Source: Veleropilina oligotropha
Taxonomy: Eukaryota
Length of the DNA: 64,000 bases
Assembly (NCBI GenBank): GCA_048128005.1
Contig: JBEUKZ010000125.1
Span: forward strand, 62,001 to 126,000
Reading direction: 5' to 3'
Shown: piece by piece, positions 39,971 to 51,417 of the stretch
Position numbering within the stretch: the stretch's first letter is position 1
Layout: each line of letters starts with the position of its first letter
Translations under genes and position numbers: made by a program
Notes under the pieces: model-generated
What the model saw: the letters and a program-made list of their open reading frames with translations, nothing else
Databases searched by the model: none
Told to the model about the DNA's origin: nothing

Positions 39971-40004
39971 GGTCTTAATATTTCGTGCTTATCCATCTTT
40001 GGTG

Positions 40005-40232
40005 TTTTTATGCCACCACCAATTTATTGGGGTGGCATTTAGATTTACTCTTGTCCGTCCCGTCCGTCCGTCCCGTCCCGTCCGTCCCGAAACCAGTATT
40101 TGCGTGTAAGCAACTCCAATCTGCTATAACTTCTATTTGCCTTCATGGATTGACTTGATACTTTGTACACTGCCCCTATGGTCAAGGCTGCCAGTGGGGG
40201 CATTCGTGTCCCTTGGACACATTTTTCTAGTT
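40005..40232 (+). mobile_element. Short DINE-1/HINE-like element, copy 2
   Basis: Near-identical to 3415-3637; inserted in a T run. Confidence 0.85.
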
Positions 40233-40697
40233 ATACAAGGTGATTGAGAGTTGGTCTTTCTCACCAAGCAAATAGGAAGGAGATTTGAGATAATGCAAAC
40301 CAACTGAAACAAATTATTTGCTTGGTTATTATACATAGAAGGTAAAATGTATTGCAATACTAGTATATTTTAAAAGGTGCTGATCATTTTAGAATAACAT
40401 TTCTTACGGGCCAATACGTTTTAAAATTGGGATAATGGATATTTTATGTTATTGCTCTTCCGTAGTAGGAGGCTAAATTAATAAGAGTTCGCCTCCAAAT
40501 GTTTCCAAATTACCAGTCATAACCGACAGTGACTAGTGGTTTTACCAGATAATCTGTACGTTCTTCTCACGATAATTTGCTGAGGCAATGACCACATTTC
40601 ATATAAGTTGTAATGCATACTGTTACAGGCATATGTATGATTTTTTTCGAATTTACTTAATTGTTTTCATACATCATATTTTCTTTGAATTTTACAG

Positions 40698-40718
40698 GTA
40701 ACCCAAACCCCAAACCTG
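40698..40718 (+). CDS. Exon 18: 21-nt microexon (C)NPNPKP linker
   Basis: ttctttgaattttacag acceptor, G|gtgagt donor; its first GT completes the T|GT codon of the sixth ChtBD2 cysteine. Confidence 0.75.
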
Positions 40719-40739
40719 GTGAGTACTGAAAGGTTTAGA

Positions 40740-41222
40740 ATCTGGTCATTGTAGTAACTATTCAGATTGGTCGCAGAATTCAGATGTTCATACTTATGCA
40801 TACAAATGCGGTTTCGTTTATGGTAACGGTGTATTCAAGTACACGACAAGCCCTTTGACCTTTAAATATTCGAGGGCTCAAATTTTGAATGACCTTCCAC
40901 ATACTGTGCAAAAAACAAAAGATGTAGCTTGTTTCAAGCGACTAATGAAGCAACATATAATATCCATGGATACCAAAAGGCGCTAACTATTTTTGGTATC
41001 AGACTGGTATTTCATGATATATTTTGACCCAATTTCTGTTTGTTTTGTTTTTTGTTTGTTTTTTTTATATATATTGTAAGTCGATCACTTCTGATGCTGT
41101 TCTGTAAATATGTACATTTTTATTAATTTTAATGTTAGAAAATAGGAGAGACTTGGGGAAGATTGGTAATTGCATTACTAGCTGTTCTCCCTCAATAAAT
41201 AAAGATTTATTATTATTATTTT
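40740..41222 (+). mobile_element. 5'-truncated CR1/L2-type LINE 3' end
   Basis: Translates TFKYSRAQILNDLPHTVQKTKDVACFKRLMKQHI (resembles the WNxLP...FK ORF2 C-terminus), followed by aataaa and a (tta)n tail. Confidence 0.65.
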
Positions 41223-41573
41223 AATAAGAGGTAACATAAAAGTATATTTTCACCTGGCAGATATTCATTCATTCCCAGGTCTGACAAACTCCTAAACTGA
41301 TTTGAGACTACAATTGTTTAGTCTTAAATGACATTACCTGCCAAATATTATCAAGTAATTTATGACCGTCATATTCGTTTCTACTGCTATTTCATGACGA
41401 AGATGTTGGAAAGCTTCTGCATGTATCAATGAATTACTTTGTATGACTTGGATTTATACAGTTATAAGGCTGCATAAAATATAATTTTTAGATTCTCAGG
41501 CGCTTTTTGATAAAACGTGATGATGGGGGAGGCATTTATAAATTTTTATTAGCGCAAAAAGAATGGGGGAGGC

Positions 41574-42792
41574 TTTTTATCCCCTCGGCATATAATGCTG
41601 GGGGATAAAGGCATCAGCATGTCCGTCCGTCCCTCTGTCTGTATTACAGTGTAATCATTTCGTTTCCGGAGCATATCTCTTGAACCGCTGGACATATCTT
41701 TATGACACTTGCTGGGTGTATTAAGGACATGGTGAACCGGTGACAGTTTCGACGTTGGGCGGCTATTATTAACAGAGTTATTGCCCTATTTGTACATTCT
41801 AATCGATATCGTTTCCGGAGCATATCTCATACACCGCTCGACATAACTTTACGAAACTTGCTGGGTGTATTAAGGACATGGTGAACCGGTGCCTTTTGCC
41901 AGTTTCGACGTTGGGCAGCGATTATTAACAGAGTTATTGCCCTATTTGTACATTCTAATCGATATCGTTTCCGGAGCATATCTCATACACCGCTCAACAT
42001 AACTTTACGAAACTTGTTTGGTGTATTAAAGACATGGTGAACTGGTGCCTTTTGCCAGTTTCGACGTTGAGCTGCGATTATTAACAGAGTTATTGCCCTT
42101 GTTGTAAATTCTAATTGATATCGTTTCCAGAGCATATCTCATACACCGCTCGACATAACTTTAGGAAACATGCTGAGTGTATTAAGTAGTTGGTGAATTG
42201 GTGCCTTTTGCCAGTTTCAATGTTGAGCTGCGATTATTAACAGAGTTATTGCCATTGCTGTAAATTCGAATCGATATCGTTTCCAGAGCATATCTCATAC
42301 ACCGCTCGACATAACTTGACGAAATTTGCTGGGTGTATTAAGTAGTCGGTGAACTGGTGCCTTTTGCCAGTTTTGACGTTAAGCTGCGATTATTAACAGA
42401 GTTATTGCCCTTGTTGTAAAATCTTTAATGTTGTCTTTTCCAGAGCGTATCTCATAAACCGCTCAGCATATCTTTATGAAATTTGGTGGATGTATTCAGT
42501 AGCTGGTGCCTTTTGGATATTTCGATTTTGTGCTGCGATTATTAACAGAGTTATTGCTCTTGCTTTAACTTCGTTAAAAGATATTTTCTGGAGTATATCT
42601 CTAAACTCCTTGACTTATCTTTACGAAACTTGGTGGGTGTATTTAGTAGTTGGTTAACTGGTGCCTTTTCATTTTTTTGACGTGCAGTGATTTATGACAG
42701 AGTTATTGCCCTTTTCTCAAATTATATAAAATGATCTTTTCCGGACCATCTGTGCACTGGGGGGATATGTCATCTTCTGATGGCTCTTGTTT
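41574..42792 (+). mobile_element. Same family, copy 2, about 7 core repeats of 156 bp
   Basis: Unit starts (cgtttcc) at 41661, 41810, 41966, 42122, 42278; same termini as 16347-18115. Confidence 0.88.
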
Positions 42793-43175
42793 ACAATACA
42801 GCACAACCTTTTTATATAAACCGTTTGAACTGACAATCTTATGACTTTCCGACCTGAATTTTATGCCAGCAATTTCATATTTAAATGGCACACCCTTTCA
42901 GTCTTGGTCATAGTGACATAAAAAATAACGCGTATATCATCATTTGAATACATATACAATACCATGTAACTGGGTAATGGAGGTTACGGAAATCAACCAG
43001 AAAAACAGATTTATGATCGAAATAAAAGTAGTGCGATCACCGGTTGTAGAGGCGACTTTGTAGAGTAGCACAACGACGCCATGCACTGGAGAGTGGGGGT
43101 GTGGGTCTGCAATTCCTGAGTGTCTAGTTTATCGAGATCATTCAGTTTTCTAGGTTCTAGAATATGATGATAATT

Positions 43176-44036
43176 CAGTCTTCGTCAGGAAAGGCGAGCG
43201 ATCGCCTCCGCACGCGCCTGACTGATTTCAGGCGAGTTGCTAGTCGCTCGCCTTTACTTTCCAACTTATGAACTGAAGTGCAACATTGAATTATTTATCA
43301 CACCCTTTGTCATGGTTATTTACTAAGGCTATGTCAGGTTTTGCAATAAAATAAAATACATGTGTATTTAGAAGTCATTTCATAGCTTTGCTGGCGTTAT
43401 ACATTTGCAAAACTGCGGAACCAGGTTGAAATTTGCGATATCGACTTGCAAACTAATGTCCGCGAACATACACGAGGAATTCCGGCAATTTCCGTGTTAC
43501 CTTAAAACAGTATTGCCGGAAACAGACGATATATGCATAATTAATCTTCGGAATATTCTTCAATGCGCCATCGACCAATCAACATAGGAAGTATATATAT
43601 AGACGACAATTGAGGTCAGTAAGTGGGTCAGTATTGGAAAACGCATTTTCTGTGAATGGGCAAAGACAACGCTGCGCCGACAATGCGATATAAGTCACTG
43701 TAATGATGTTAGAAGTAATTAAGTTTCGCGTTTGGTCGTATCTTCTTAAAAATGCTGGTGTTTACATGCACAAAGTAAAGAAATAAACCACTTATCAACG
43801 GACAATTATATATCGATAATCTACTAGCAGTTGCAACAATCTACTTGTTTCGGCATCGGGACGTTTTATGCAGCGAAATATTAGTGCAACGATATTTTAT
43901 AACATGTAATACACAAGATAATAGTTATAACATGCATATATATTAACATTAACATTCAGGAGAGTGATAGCTCGCCTTGAAGATTTCAGGAGAGCGATGT
44001 ACAGCTCGCCTGCCATTTTGCTCATGGCGAAGACTG
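43176..44036. mobile_element. hAT-like MITE
   Basis: TIR cagtcttcgtca / tggcgaagactg; repeated subterminal gctcgcc/ggcgag motifs; flanks tgataatt and tgatatga match only partly. Confidence 0.65.
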
Positions 44037-45031
44037 TGATATGATGATATACTTCTTATCAAAGCACTATCTTTAATCATGTTCACATTATTGCATTATT
44101 GATATGATACAAATGTCTTTTTCAAATAAAAGTACGTACTATTGAATATGTTGTCTTGCACTGATCTTTTAATGCTTATCTAACATGATGGATCCGTAGC
44201 CATCATAGTGTTCAGTGTTTTGATCAAATATTATAATATGATTTATAAATACTTTTACTCTTTCTGTCCTTCTGAAAGGGCCGCTACTCTCTGATTGAAA
44301 TAGGAACAGATGAGATTTGTTATTAATAAAATAAATACAACTATTTCCCAGCCTCGTTTTGAAAAGCGTTGCATTTGGATTCTGAATAAATGTGTTAGAA
44401 AGCATTTAAATGTGGAGAAATCCCTATTATAGCCGATAGATATGTTTTGTACCTTTTTCGATAAATGACTAAATGGTTATTTATTCGAACAATTTTTTGA
44501 ATTATAAAAAGCTAAATTTGTTATTGGCAGAAATTTTGCAAAAACGATGTGAATTTTGCACATTACAATACTGGCTACCTTTGATACATTACATTTGTTG
44601 ACAGTACAAATGGTGAGCGAGTCCATGGCACATTAGCATAGGCAGATTCATGAGTCAGGACCGCCCTTTGAAATTCAGAAGTGAATTTTATTGTTATTTT
44701 TAAGATCAGTCATATCAGGATCACGGGTTTAAGGTAAAATCGGATAAGAGCTCCCCTAGTGACAAAGACAAGTAAACTTGGTCAAAATGGTTCATAAATG
44801 TTGGTAAAAATATCAAGTTTGCACTCTTAAAATGCAGGAGAGGAGGGTTTCACACAGTTAACTTGTCAAAATATTCTTCCAAATAGTTGATAGTAATTTA
44901 TAAAATAGGGACCCCCTTTGGAAAATCCTGGATCCGCACTGCATAAGTTTACTCTTGTTATGCTCACATGTAGCATTATGAAATATTGTGGCAATATTAG
45001 CCGTAATACCGTGTGTTCATTTTGTTTCAAG

Positions 45032-45193
45032 TTTGCGATGGCAATGTTCCAATGGGAAATGTTCAAACCGTCGACTGTGAGGTCTTGACGTGTACCAACA
45101 ATGGATTCCAGAGGTCCGATGTAGTATGTGCCGCAGTAGAAGAGCCTTGCCTTGTTACTAGTAATGACGGATGCTGCGACACATGCCAAACTC
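45032..45193 (+). CDS. Exon 19: VWC-like domain
   Basis: ttttgtttcaag (AAG) acceptor, C|gtaag donor; VCDGNVPMGNVQTVDCEVLTCTNNGFQRSDVVCAAVEEPCLVTSNDGCCDTCQT with the terminal CCxxC; 162 nt, phase 1-1. Confidence 0.87.
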
Positions 45194-45209
45194 GTAAGTT
45201 GTACACAGT

Positions 45210-46022
45210 CTGGGCTAGCGCTAGGAAGTTTTTCATGTTAGCCACTGTGGCTAATTGGCATTGAATGTCATTAGCCACACTCGCATATCTTTAGCCACAC
45301 TATATACGTAAATATACTGATTAATATATATATAAATATATATAAATATATAAATATATAAATATATAAATATATAAATATATAATATATAATATATATA
45401 TATATTATATATAAATATATATATATATATTGTATGTGTATTGTTTATTGTATGTGTTTGTAGTTAAATAAAATAAAATAACAGAAAAAAAGTTTTATTT
45501 TTTATCATTATGAAATTCATTATTATCATGTATAAATTTTAACACACATGTATTTCCATTAGAAACATTGTTTAACATTCAATACTGATTACGGTAGCCT
45601 ATTACAGCAAGCGCATACATTTAGGGCGGAGCTAAAATGTAGTCGGAGCACATCGGTTCAATGTAATTGATGTTTCGATATCGTTCGGGAAAATTCGGCC
45701 GAAAATATTTATTCGGAGAACATCGGCCAATATCGCCAAAATCATCGGTTCAATGATAATAGTTATGTCGTTACGTTCCGGTATCGATCGGGAAAATACG
45801 TCCATAGTAGAAACCACAGTAGAAAACCGATTGAACAAGAATGCGGGGTCAAAAACGAGAACTCTGAAAACTTTTTCGATAATCTTATAAACTTGCGTGT
45901 AGAACGATGAAGTTAACGGATTATAAACAAAAATACAAACGTTACAACACACTGACTGAGCCTCGCCAAATGACGAATGGACTCGCCGGTGGCGACGTGG
46001 CGAATGGCTAGCGCAAGCCCAG
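45210..46022. mobile_element. hAT-like MITE with a 5-bp TSD
   Basis: acagt|ctgggctagcgctag ... ctagcgcaagcccag|acagt. Confidence 0.75.
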
Positions 46023-46060
46023 ACAGTGGATTTGAAATATTTTAGAGAAATGTGGAATTT

Positions 46061-46503
46061 AAGACTATTGCCCATAAATGCGCTCTTTATTTTTTAAAAA
46101 GAAAACTAACCGCATTACACTTTTGTTTATAACATAAAAAGTTAGGAATTTTCAACACTCAACTTTCGTCAGTAATTTGCTTCGGTTTAAATGAATCGCT
46201 ACTGAATATTTAAAAATAATTAAACTCGGTCCGCGTTTAATTACCTCGCACCGAGTCTATTTCCAATTCACCTAGTTGGCGCGCAGTTGCGTAGGATCCT
46301 GCTCACCAAGTAAGATAGCGTTCTACTTGACAATAATATATATTGCCCTGTTACAATAATAATTTCAATAAAAGCCTATCATTTGATCATATATCGATCA
46401 TATCTTCGCGAAATTTGTATCAATCTGCGCGAAACGTGCGATAGAGGGTGATCAGTCATGCTACACAGTCACGAAAAGAGCGCATTTATGGGCAATAGTC
46501 TCT
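46061..46503. mobile_element. Same TTAA-type MITE family, copy 2
   Basis: TIR agactattgcccataaatgcgctc / gagcgcatttatgggcaatagtct; internal sequence colinear with 9781-10187. Confidence 0.8.
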
Positions 46504-46796
46504 TTATATCACATAACAATAGTCCTGTTACATTGGTATGTTGTCCTGTTTGGTAAATTCCTGTAAAATTATAATTTAATAGATTCATGCAAATAGATGA
46601 ACAAAATATGTACGTTAAAAAATGACTCATGACATCACGAAAATAAAAATATATAATTTTTGTATGGAAATTGTTGTTGTCGCATATTAGATATATGAGA
46701 AATAAGTCATGGAATCATCCCGCATGTTTAGGATTTTCTAGAATACTTGGTGATGAAGATTTAATTGAACCTGACCATCACTCATTTTTTTTTCAG

Positions 46797-46985
46797 CTGG
46801 TTGTAGAGATGATGTGTTAGGGACTCACGTGCAGGTCGGTGGGACCTACGAACACAACTGTGCCATATGTACGTGTGAGGCGACCCCCAGCTGTATCGTG
46901 CCGCCATGCGGTGCCATTCCAGACGGTTGCTCGCAAGCCGGACCATCCCAAACATCTTGCTGCGAAAGCGACGGAGTGTGCATAG
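46797..46985 (+). CDS. Exon 20: VWC domain
   Basis: ttttttttcag acceptor, G|gtaat donor; PGCRDDVLGTHVQVGGTYEHNCAICTCEATPSCIVPPCGAIPDGCSQAGPSQTSCCESDGVCI with CxxCxC and CC motifs; 189 nt, phase 1-1. Confidence 0.9.
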
Positions 46986-47004
46986 GTAATAAACAGTCGT
47001 GAAC

Positions 47005-47358
47005 ATAGGGTGGGTTTAATGAACCGTGGATTGCCAGTTGCACATCTACCACACAGGTTTGGGGTTCAACCCCGATCCCGGCAACTTCCCTTGGGCAAGC
47101 AATTAAGCATATATTGCCTCGGTTCACCCAGCCGATCTGAGATCTAAATGGGTACCTGGTTGGCAGTAGCAGAATATGTCAGAATGACTGGTCAAGCGCC
47201 TAACAGGCATGTACTTGACCGTAATACTCTCAGAGAGAGTTGAGAAAGAATATTGAGTGAACAGGCCAATAACCAGGGGAATAATAATGTAAGCGCTTTG
47301 AGCACGCATTTCGTATGTGTGGGAAAGCGCAGATAAAATCTTCACATTACATTACACT
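47005..47358 (+). mobile_element. CORE-type tRNA-derived SINE with an L2-like tail
   Basis: ggttcaacccc B-box, cccttgggcaag...ttcacccag...aaatgggtacc CORE-like block, tail tgtaagcgctttgagc...aaagcgc...(cattac)n. Confidence 0.7.
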
Positions 47359-47838
47359 GCATGATGTGATGTTTTATGATATATCCTACAAGTCAACTGT
47401 GACGTCACCCATTGTAACACGTGTACACTGCAGATTTTTGTCCGAATCTTTTCTGGCAAATATTTCTATATGTGAATTTAATTCGCACAGAATTAACATA
47501 GCGATCGATCACCATAGAATCCTGTTAGGCATATGAGAGCATGCATTTAAAAGTTAAATTAAGTCCAATTGAATAGCCAAGATGATATATCAACTTTTAA
47601 GTGTTATTTACCTCACCTCTCAATATCATCATGAGGCCAGCATGAAATACAAAGCGCTTACAATGTTACTTTTTACTTCATATACTTTAACGTTTATTGC
47701 CTTCGTGTCACAGTTAATGTAATGTAAATATTTAGGCAATAGTGAATTTGCTATGATATATATGTGGTTATTATTGTGTTTTTATATTGCAATTTTGAAT
47801 AATTGTTTAAATTTCAAAATTTCAAATGCCTTTTACAG

Positions 47839-47868
47839 ATCCACCACTTCCAGAAGATGCATGTGATG
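47839..47868 (+). CDS. Exon 21: 30-nt microexon DPPLPEDACD
   Basis: gccttttacag acceptor, G|gtaagt donor; 30 nt, phase 1-1, open frame, Pro-rich linker. Confidence 0.72.
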
Positions 47869-48311
47869 GTAAGTTATTTTCATCTGCATTGATATTTTTC
47901 TCAGTTGCGTTTCTGAATCTGAGGATACACTTCCGTCTGATGTAGGTTATGTCAGTAACCTTGCTTGTTACTGCTCCCGTAGGTAACGGGAGTTTCCTGT
48001 TGTCTTGATTCGATAAGAACAATGATTCCCCCCCATTATGCCTATTTTCATAAATTATGTAGTTCCATTACCTCGATTTTGTTCTACAATTAGTCTGGTT
48101 TCAAAACACACTGACAAGGGATAAGCTAACGTCTGATTGCCCTTATGGCAAGGAAGAAACTTATTCAATTTCACCATAACTGTTTGACATTTCATAGACT
48201 ACTTCCTCTTGCTCGAAAACATTAATATCGTTTCCACACGGTAACATAAAAAGATTATCTTATTTCGTAATAAAACTTGCTGGATTAAACATGGGACAAG
48301 GAAGATGCCTA

Positions 48312-48671
48312 TTTATTATATCCCCAGACAATATTTGGGATAGTAGGGTTTAGTCATCATTCAGCCGCCGCGTCCACCACAGAGATTTCTTGTGTGCGCT
48401 CTATAGTGAAAACTTTTAATCCGATTTGATTCAAATTTGGTGTGCGTGTTAGTTATGATGAGGACACGCCGCCTAACGATTTTCATATTGAAGATGGCCA
48501 CCACGGCGGTCATTTTCTTTCAAGAGATTTCTTGGACGTGCTCTACAGTGAAAATTTATTATCCGATTTGATATACGATTTTGGTATGATGAGGACACGA
48601 CACCTATCGATATATGCTGCTTTGGGAGGGGATACACCCACTTGACTTGCTGGGTCGAGGATTTGCTAGTT
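48312..48671 (+). mobile_element. HINE-like element; related fragments at about 390-520, 2180-2400 and 3230-3750
   Basis: Shared gtgcgctcta.agtga...ttcaaatttg...aagatggc blocks and 3' end ggatacaccc...gggtcgaggatttg.tagtt. Confidence 0.65.
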
Positions 48672-49399
48672 GTAACCAAAAATAATCGACCTTTCACAGA
48701 CTTCTGACTCTTATATTAAACCTTACCGACGAATAACTACATAAATAAATCTGATTTTATGATAAATAATTATGAATAATTAAAAAAGTTTACTTTACTT
48801 CATGATCAATTTGTTGGCTGTAGTCACCATTGGAAAAGGACAAGCCAATATCGTTCAACATTCACCAACTGATGACCCTTGTTTGAAAACCACCTATAGA
48901 AGTTTGTTTCTGCATGATAATTCAAGAAGTCTTAATTATTTAATGAAACACTTGATGTCGGCATCTGACCCATCCCTATTATCATGAACATTTTGCAAAT
49001 ATTATTTTCTCAATTTGACTTTATAATGTATATGTATAATATATATGTATATAACTTGTTACCAAAAAGATAGATTGTAACAGTGTAATGTCAATATGGC
49101 CTCATAGAATGTGATGTCTTAAATTTGTATGCGTATATGAGGATTATGGAGAAACGTGTCTTGTAGCTTTAAAAGTACTATAAGAGTTATATTTACACGA
49201 CCTACAACTAATCTCGGCGATTTTCAAATAAATCAACTGAAATATATATATATATATATATATATTTCTGTCACCTTGTAATTAACACAAAACTGATTAC
49301 CCATTACTTCGTTCTAAGACATTTATAATCATCCATGGGTCATCATTTACGTACTATGTTTAAGATGCAGTTGAGTGTATAATTTTATCGTCATTTCAG

Positions 49400-49942
49400 C
49401 GGTTGAATGTGCCACATCCTTGGGTTGGATCGTGGAGGGAATGTCCCTACAGAGCCCGGCATACCGGGCTGTCATCTTCAAGGACATGGTCTTCAACTGT
49501 CCAGGGCTGATAATGTCATGGTCATTCTATCGGACATCGGATGAAGGCTCGGTCTACGCCGCTGTTTTCCGTGAAAACGACAACGGTTTGTTCAGTTTGG
49601 TCGGATCCACTTTACTTCCCCCTGCCAACGAGGGGCTGCAGAATGTATACCTGGGTGCCGGATCTTCGATCGGAGTTCTGCCGGGTGATGTTCTGGGAAT
49701 CTTCTACCCAGTCGGAGAAACAGCGAATCCAGTGTCGTACGCAATTTCCACCGACAAGGGGCCCTACTGCTCCACAACGGGAGGCTACCATTGCCTGAAC
49801 CACGGAGACTTATCCAGCATCATCACATCCGATGCGACCAATCTCGTGGGCGACGTGGAATATTCGTTTAAGCACACCACCGTCCGAGCAGCACTGCCTC
49901 TCCAGGCAACCATTGTACCTGAACAGGACTCCCCATACACAG
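49400..49942 (+). CDS. Exon 22: ~180 aa Cys-poor, probably all-beta domain that I cannot assign to a named family
   Basis: tcatttcag acceptor, G|gtgagt donor; 543 nt GC-rich open frame, phase 1-1; motif series FNCPGLIMSWSFY...VYAAVFR...FSLVGSTLL...IGVLPGDVLGIFY. Confidence 0.9.
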
Positions 49943-50493
49943 GTGAGTAGAGCATTGTTCTCATATGCATATGCACCAGTCTTCGATCCTTCCCGTCACC
50001 ATTATAAATAAACAAGAACGACGCGTTCGGAATATGTCTTGACTTTTCTTTATTTCCATCAGATTTTCAGAACAGCTAGAACGTTACAATGGCGAAATTT
50101 ACTACAAGACTTTACCACCTCGTCGATTGTGACATCACTCAAAGACGATTAATCTAAAGCGTCATCGTAATGACATCATTGCTATTTACTGGAAACATTT
50201 GACATACTTTATATACAAATATGCATAAAAGTGCCTAATAAATGCATATTTTTGCAATATTGTGTCGCGAAAGTTATATACACGACCTACAAATACTCGT
50301 GGGAATGTGTGTACCAAATTTGGTAAAAATTGGACCGGTAGTTTTCTCATCATCCTGCGGATATGTATATATATATGTATATATATATATACACACGGAC
50401 CATTTTATAATGTCTTGTCCTTTTTTACAAAACGGTCAAGACATAAAAATGGCTGCCATGGCATCATAAAAGCCATAATGTTACTACAGTATA

Positions 50494-51018
50494 TATATAG
50501 AGGATATCGAACGAGTGTCCATTCCATATGAGAATTATGAAACGAGTCGGGGCACAATTTATGTACCGAGCATTGGCGAGGTACATAAATTTGCTGACGA
50601 GTTTCATAATTCTCATATGAAATGGACACAAGTTTCATATCTTCTTTATCACATGACTTTATTTACCTTTAAACTTATTTTATTGCGTTTTTAAACACAT
50701 TTCTTTACGTTTTAAAACTAATTTCTGTCAGTACTTTCAGCCATAAATTGCCATTGCCTCAGACGCATCACGCCTCGAAAGCACGCGCCATGCCAGTACG
50801 CCAATAAAAAATAGTTCAACGTCAGTAATCGACGAGTCAACGCGTATGAATTATTCAATATGTTAATGAGAGTGATGCGCCACCTAATCAACTTGGCGCC
50901 AGATGCGATGATCGGCCGTCATGCTCGCCCTCATTTGCATACTTATGAGACGTGTCTTTTTGTAACGAAATTTATGGAACGGCTTCTACCGTTCCATAAC
51001 AGCTTTGTCATGTGATAA
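50494..51018 (+). mobile_element. ~520 bp dispersed hairpin element, copy 2
   Basis: Near-identical to 20328-20851. Confidence 0.85.
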
Positions 51019-51195
51019 ATATATATACATACATACATACGTACATACGTACATAAGTACGTATGCATACATGCACACACACACTGACACTGACACTCCA
51101 TGCGCGATATGAACATAACACTTAGCTTGTTTTGTGTGATATCTACCCTGGTCGTAGTGTTTTATCTAATATTAGTTGACATATTTGTTATTCAG

Positions 51196-51417
51196 ACATC
51201 AGCTTAGTGTTGAACCCAACCATCACTGATATCCAGTGTGATAGCCGACGTTACGTATACAATGAGTGCAATCTCCATGGATACACAATGTCCGTCAATC
51301 TTGTGCAGCAGAATTCGCGATCTGCGTGCATCCTCGGAACCAGCTATGGCATCACCGGCACTTCCATGTGGGTTGCAGAAGGTTGTCGCGGTTTATTCTC
51401 CGTGGAATACTGTGGGG
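51196..51417 (+). CDS. Exon 23: DUF3011 / Aplysia egg lectin (ADEL)-like domain
   Basis: ttgttattcag acceptor, G|gtaag donor; IQCDSRRYVYNECNLHGYTMSVNLVQQNSRSACILGTSYGITGTSMWVAEGCRGLFSV matches the remembered DUF3011 pattern CxS..Y..C..V.L..Q.S.S.C..G..(W/Y)G..WV..GCR..F.V; 222 nt, phase 1-1. Confidence 0.85.

Noticed and set aside
45632..46075. 147 aa minus-strand ORF as a transposase
   Set aside because: Lies within a MITE and shows no recognisable DDE or zinc-finger motif
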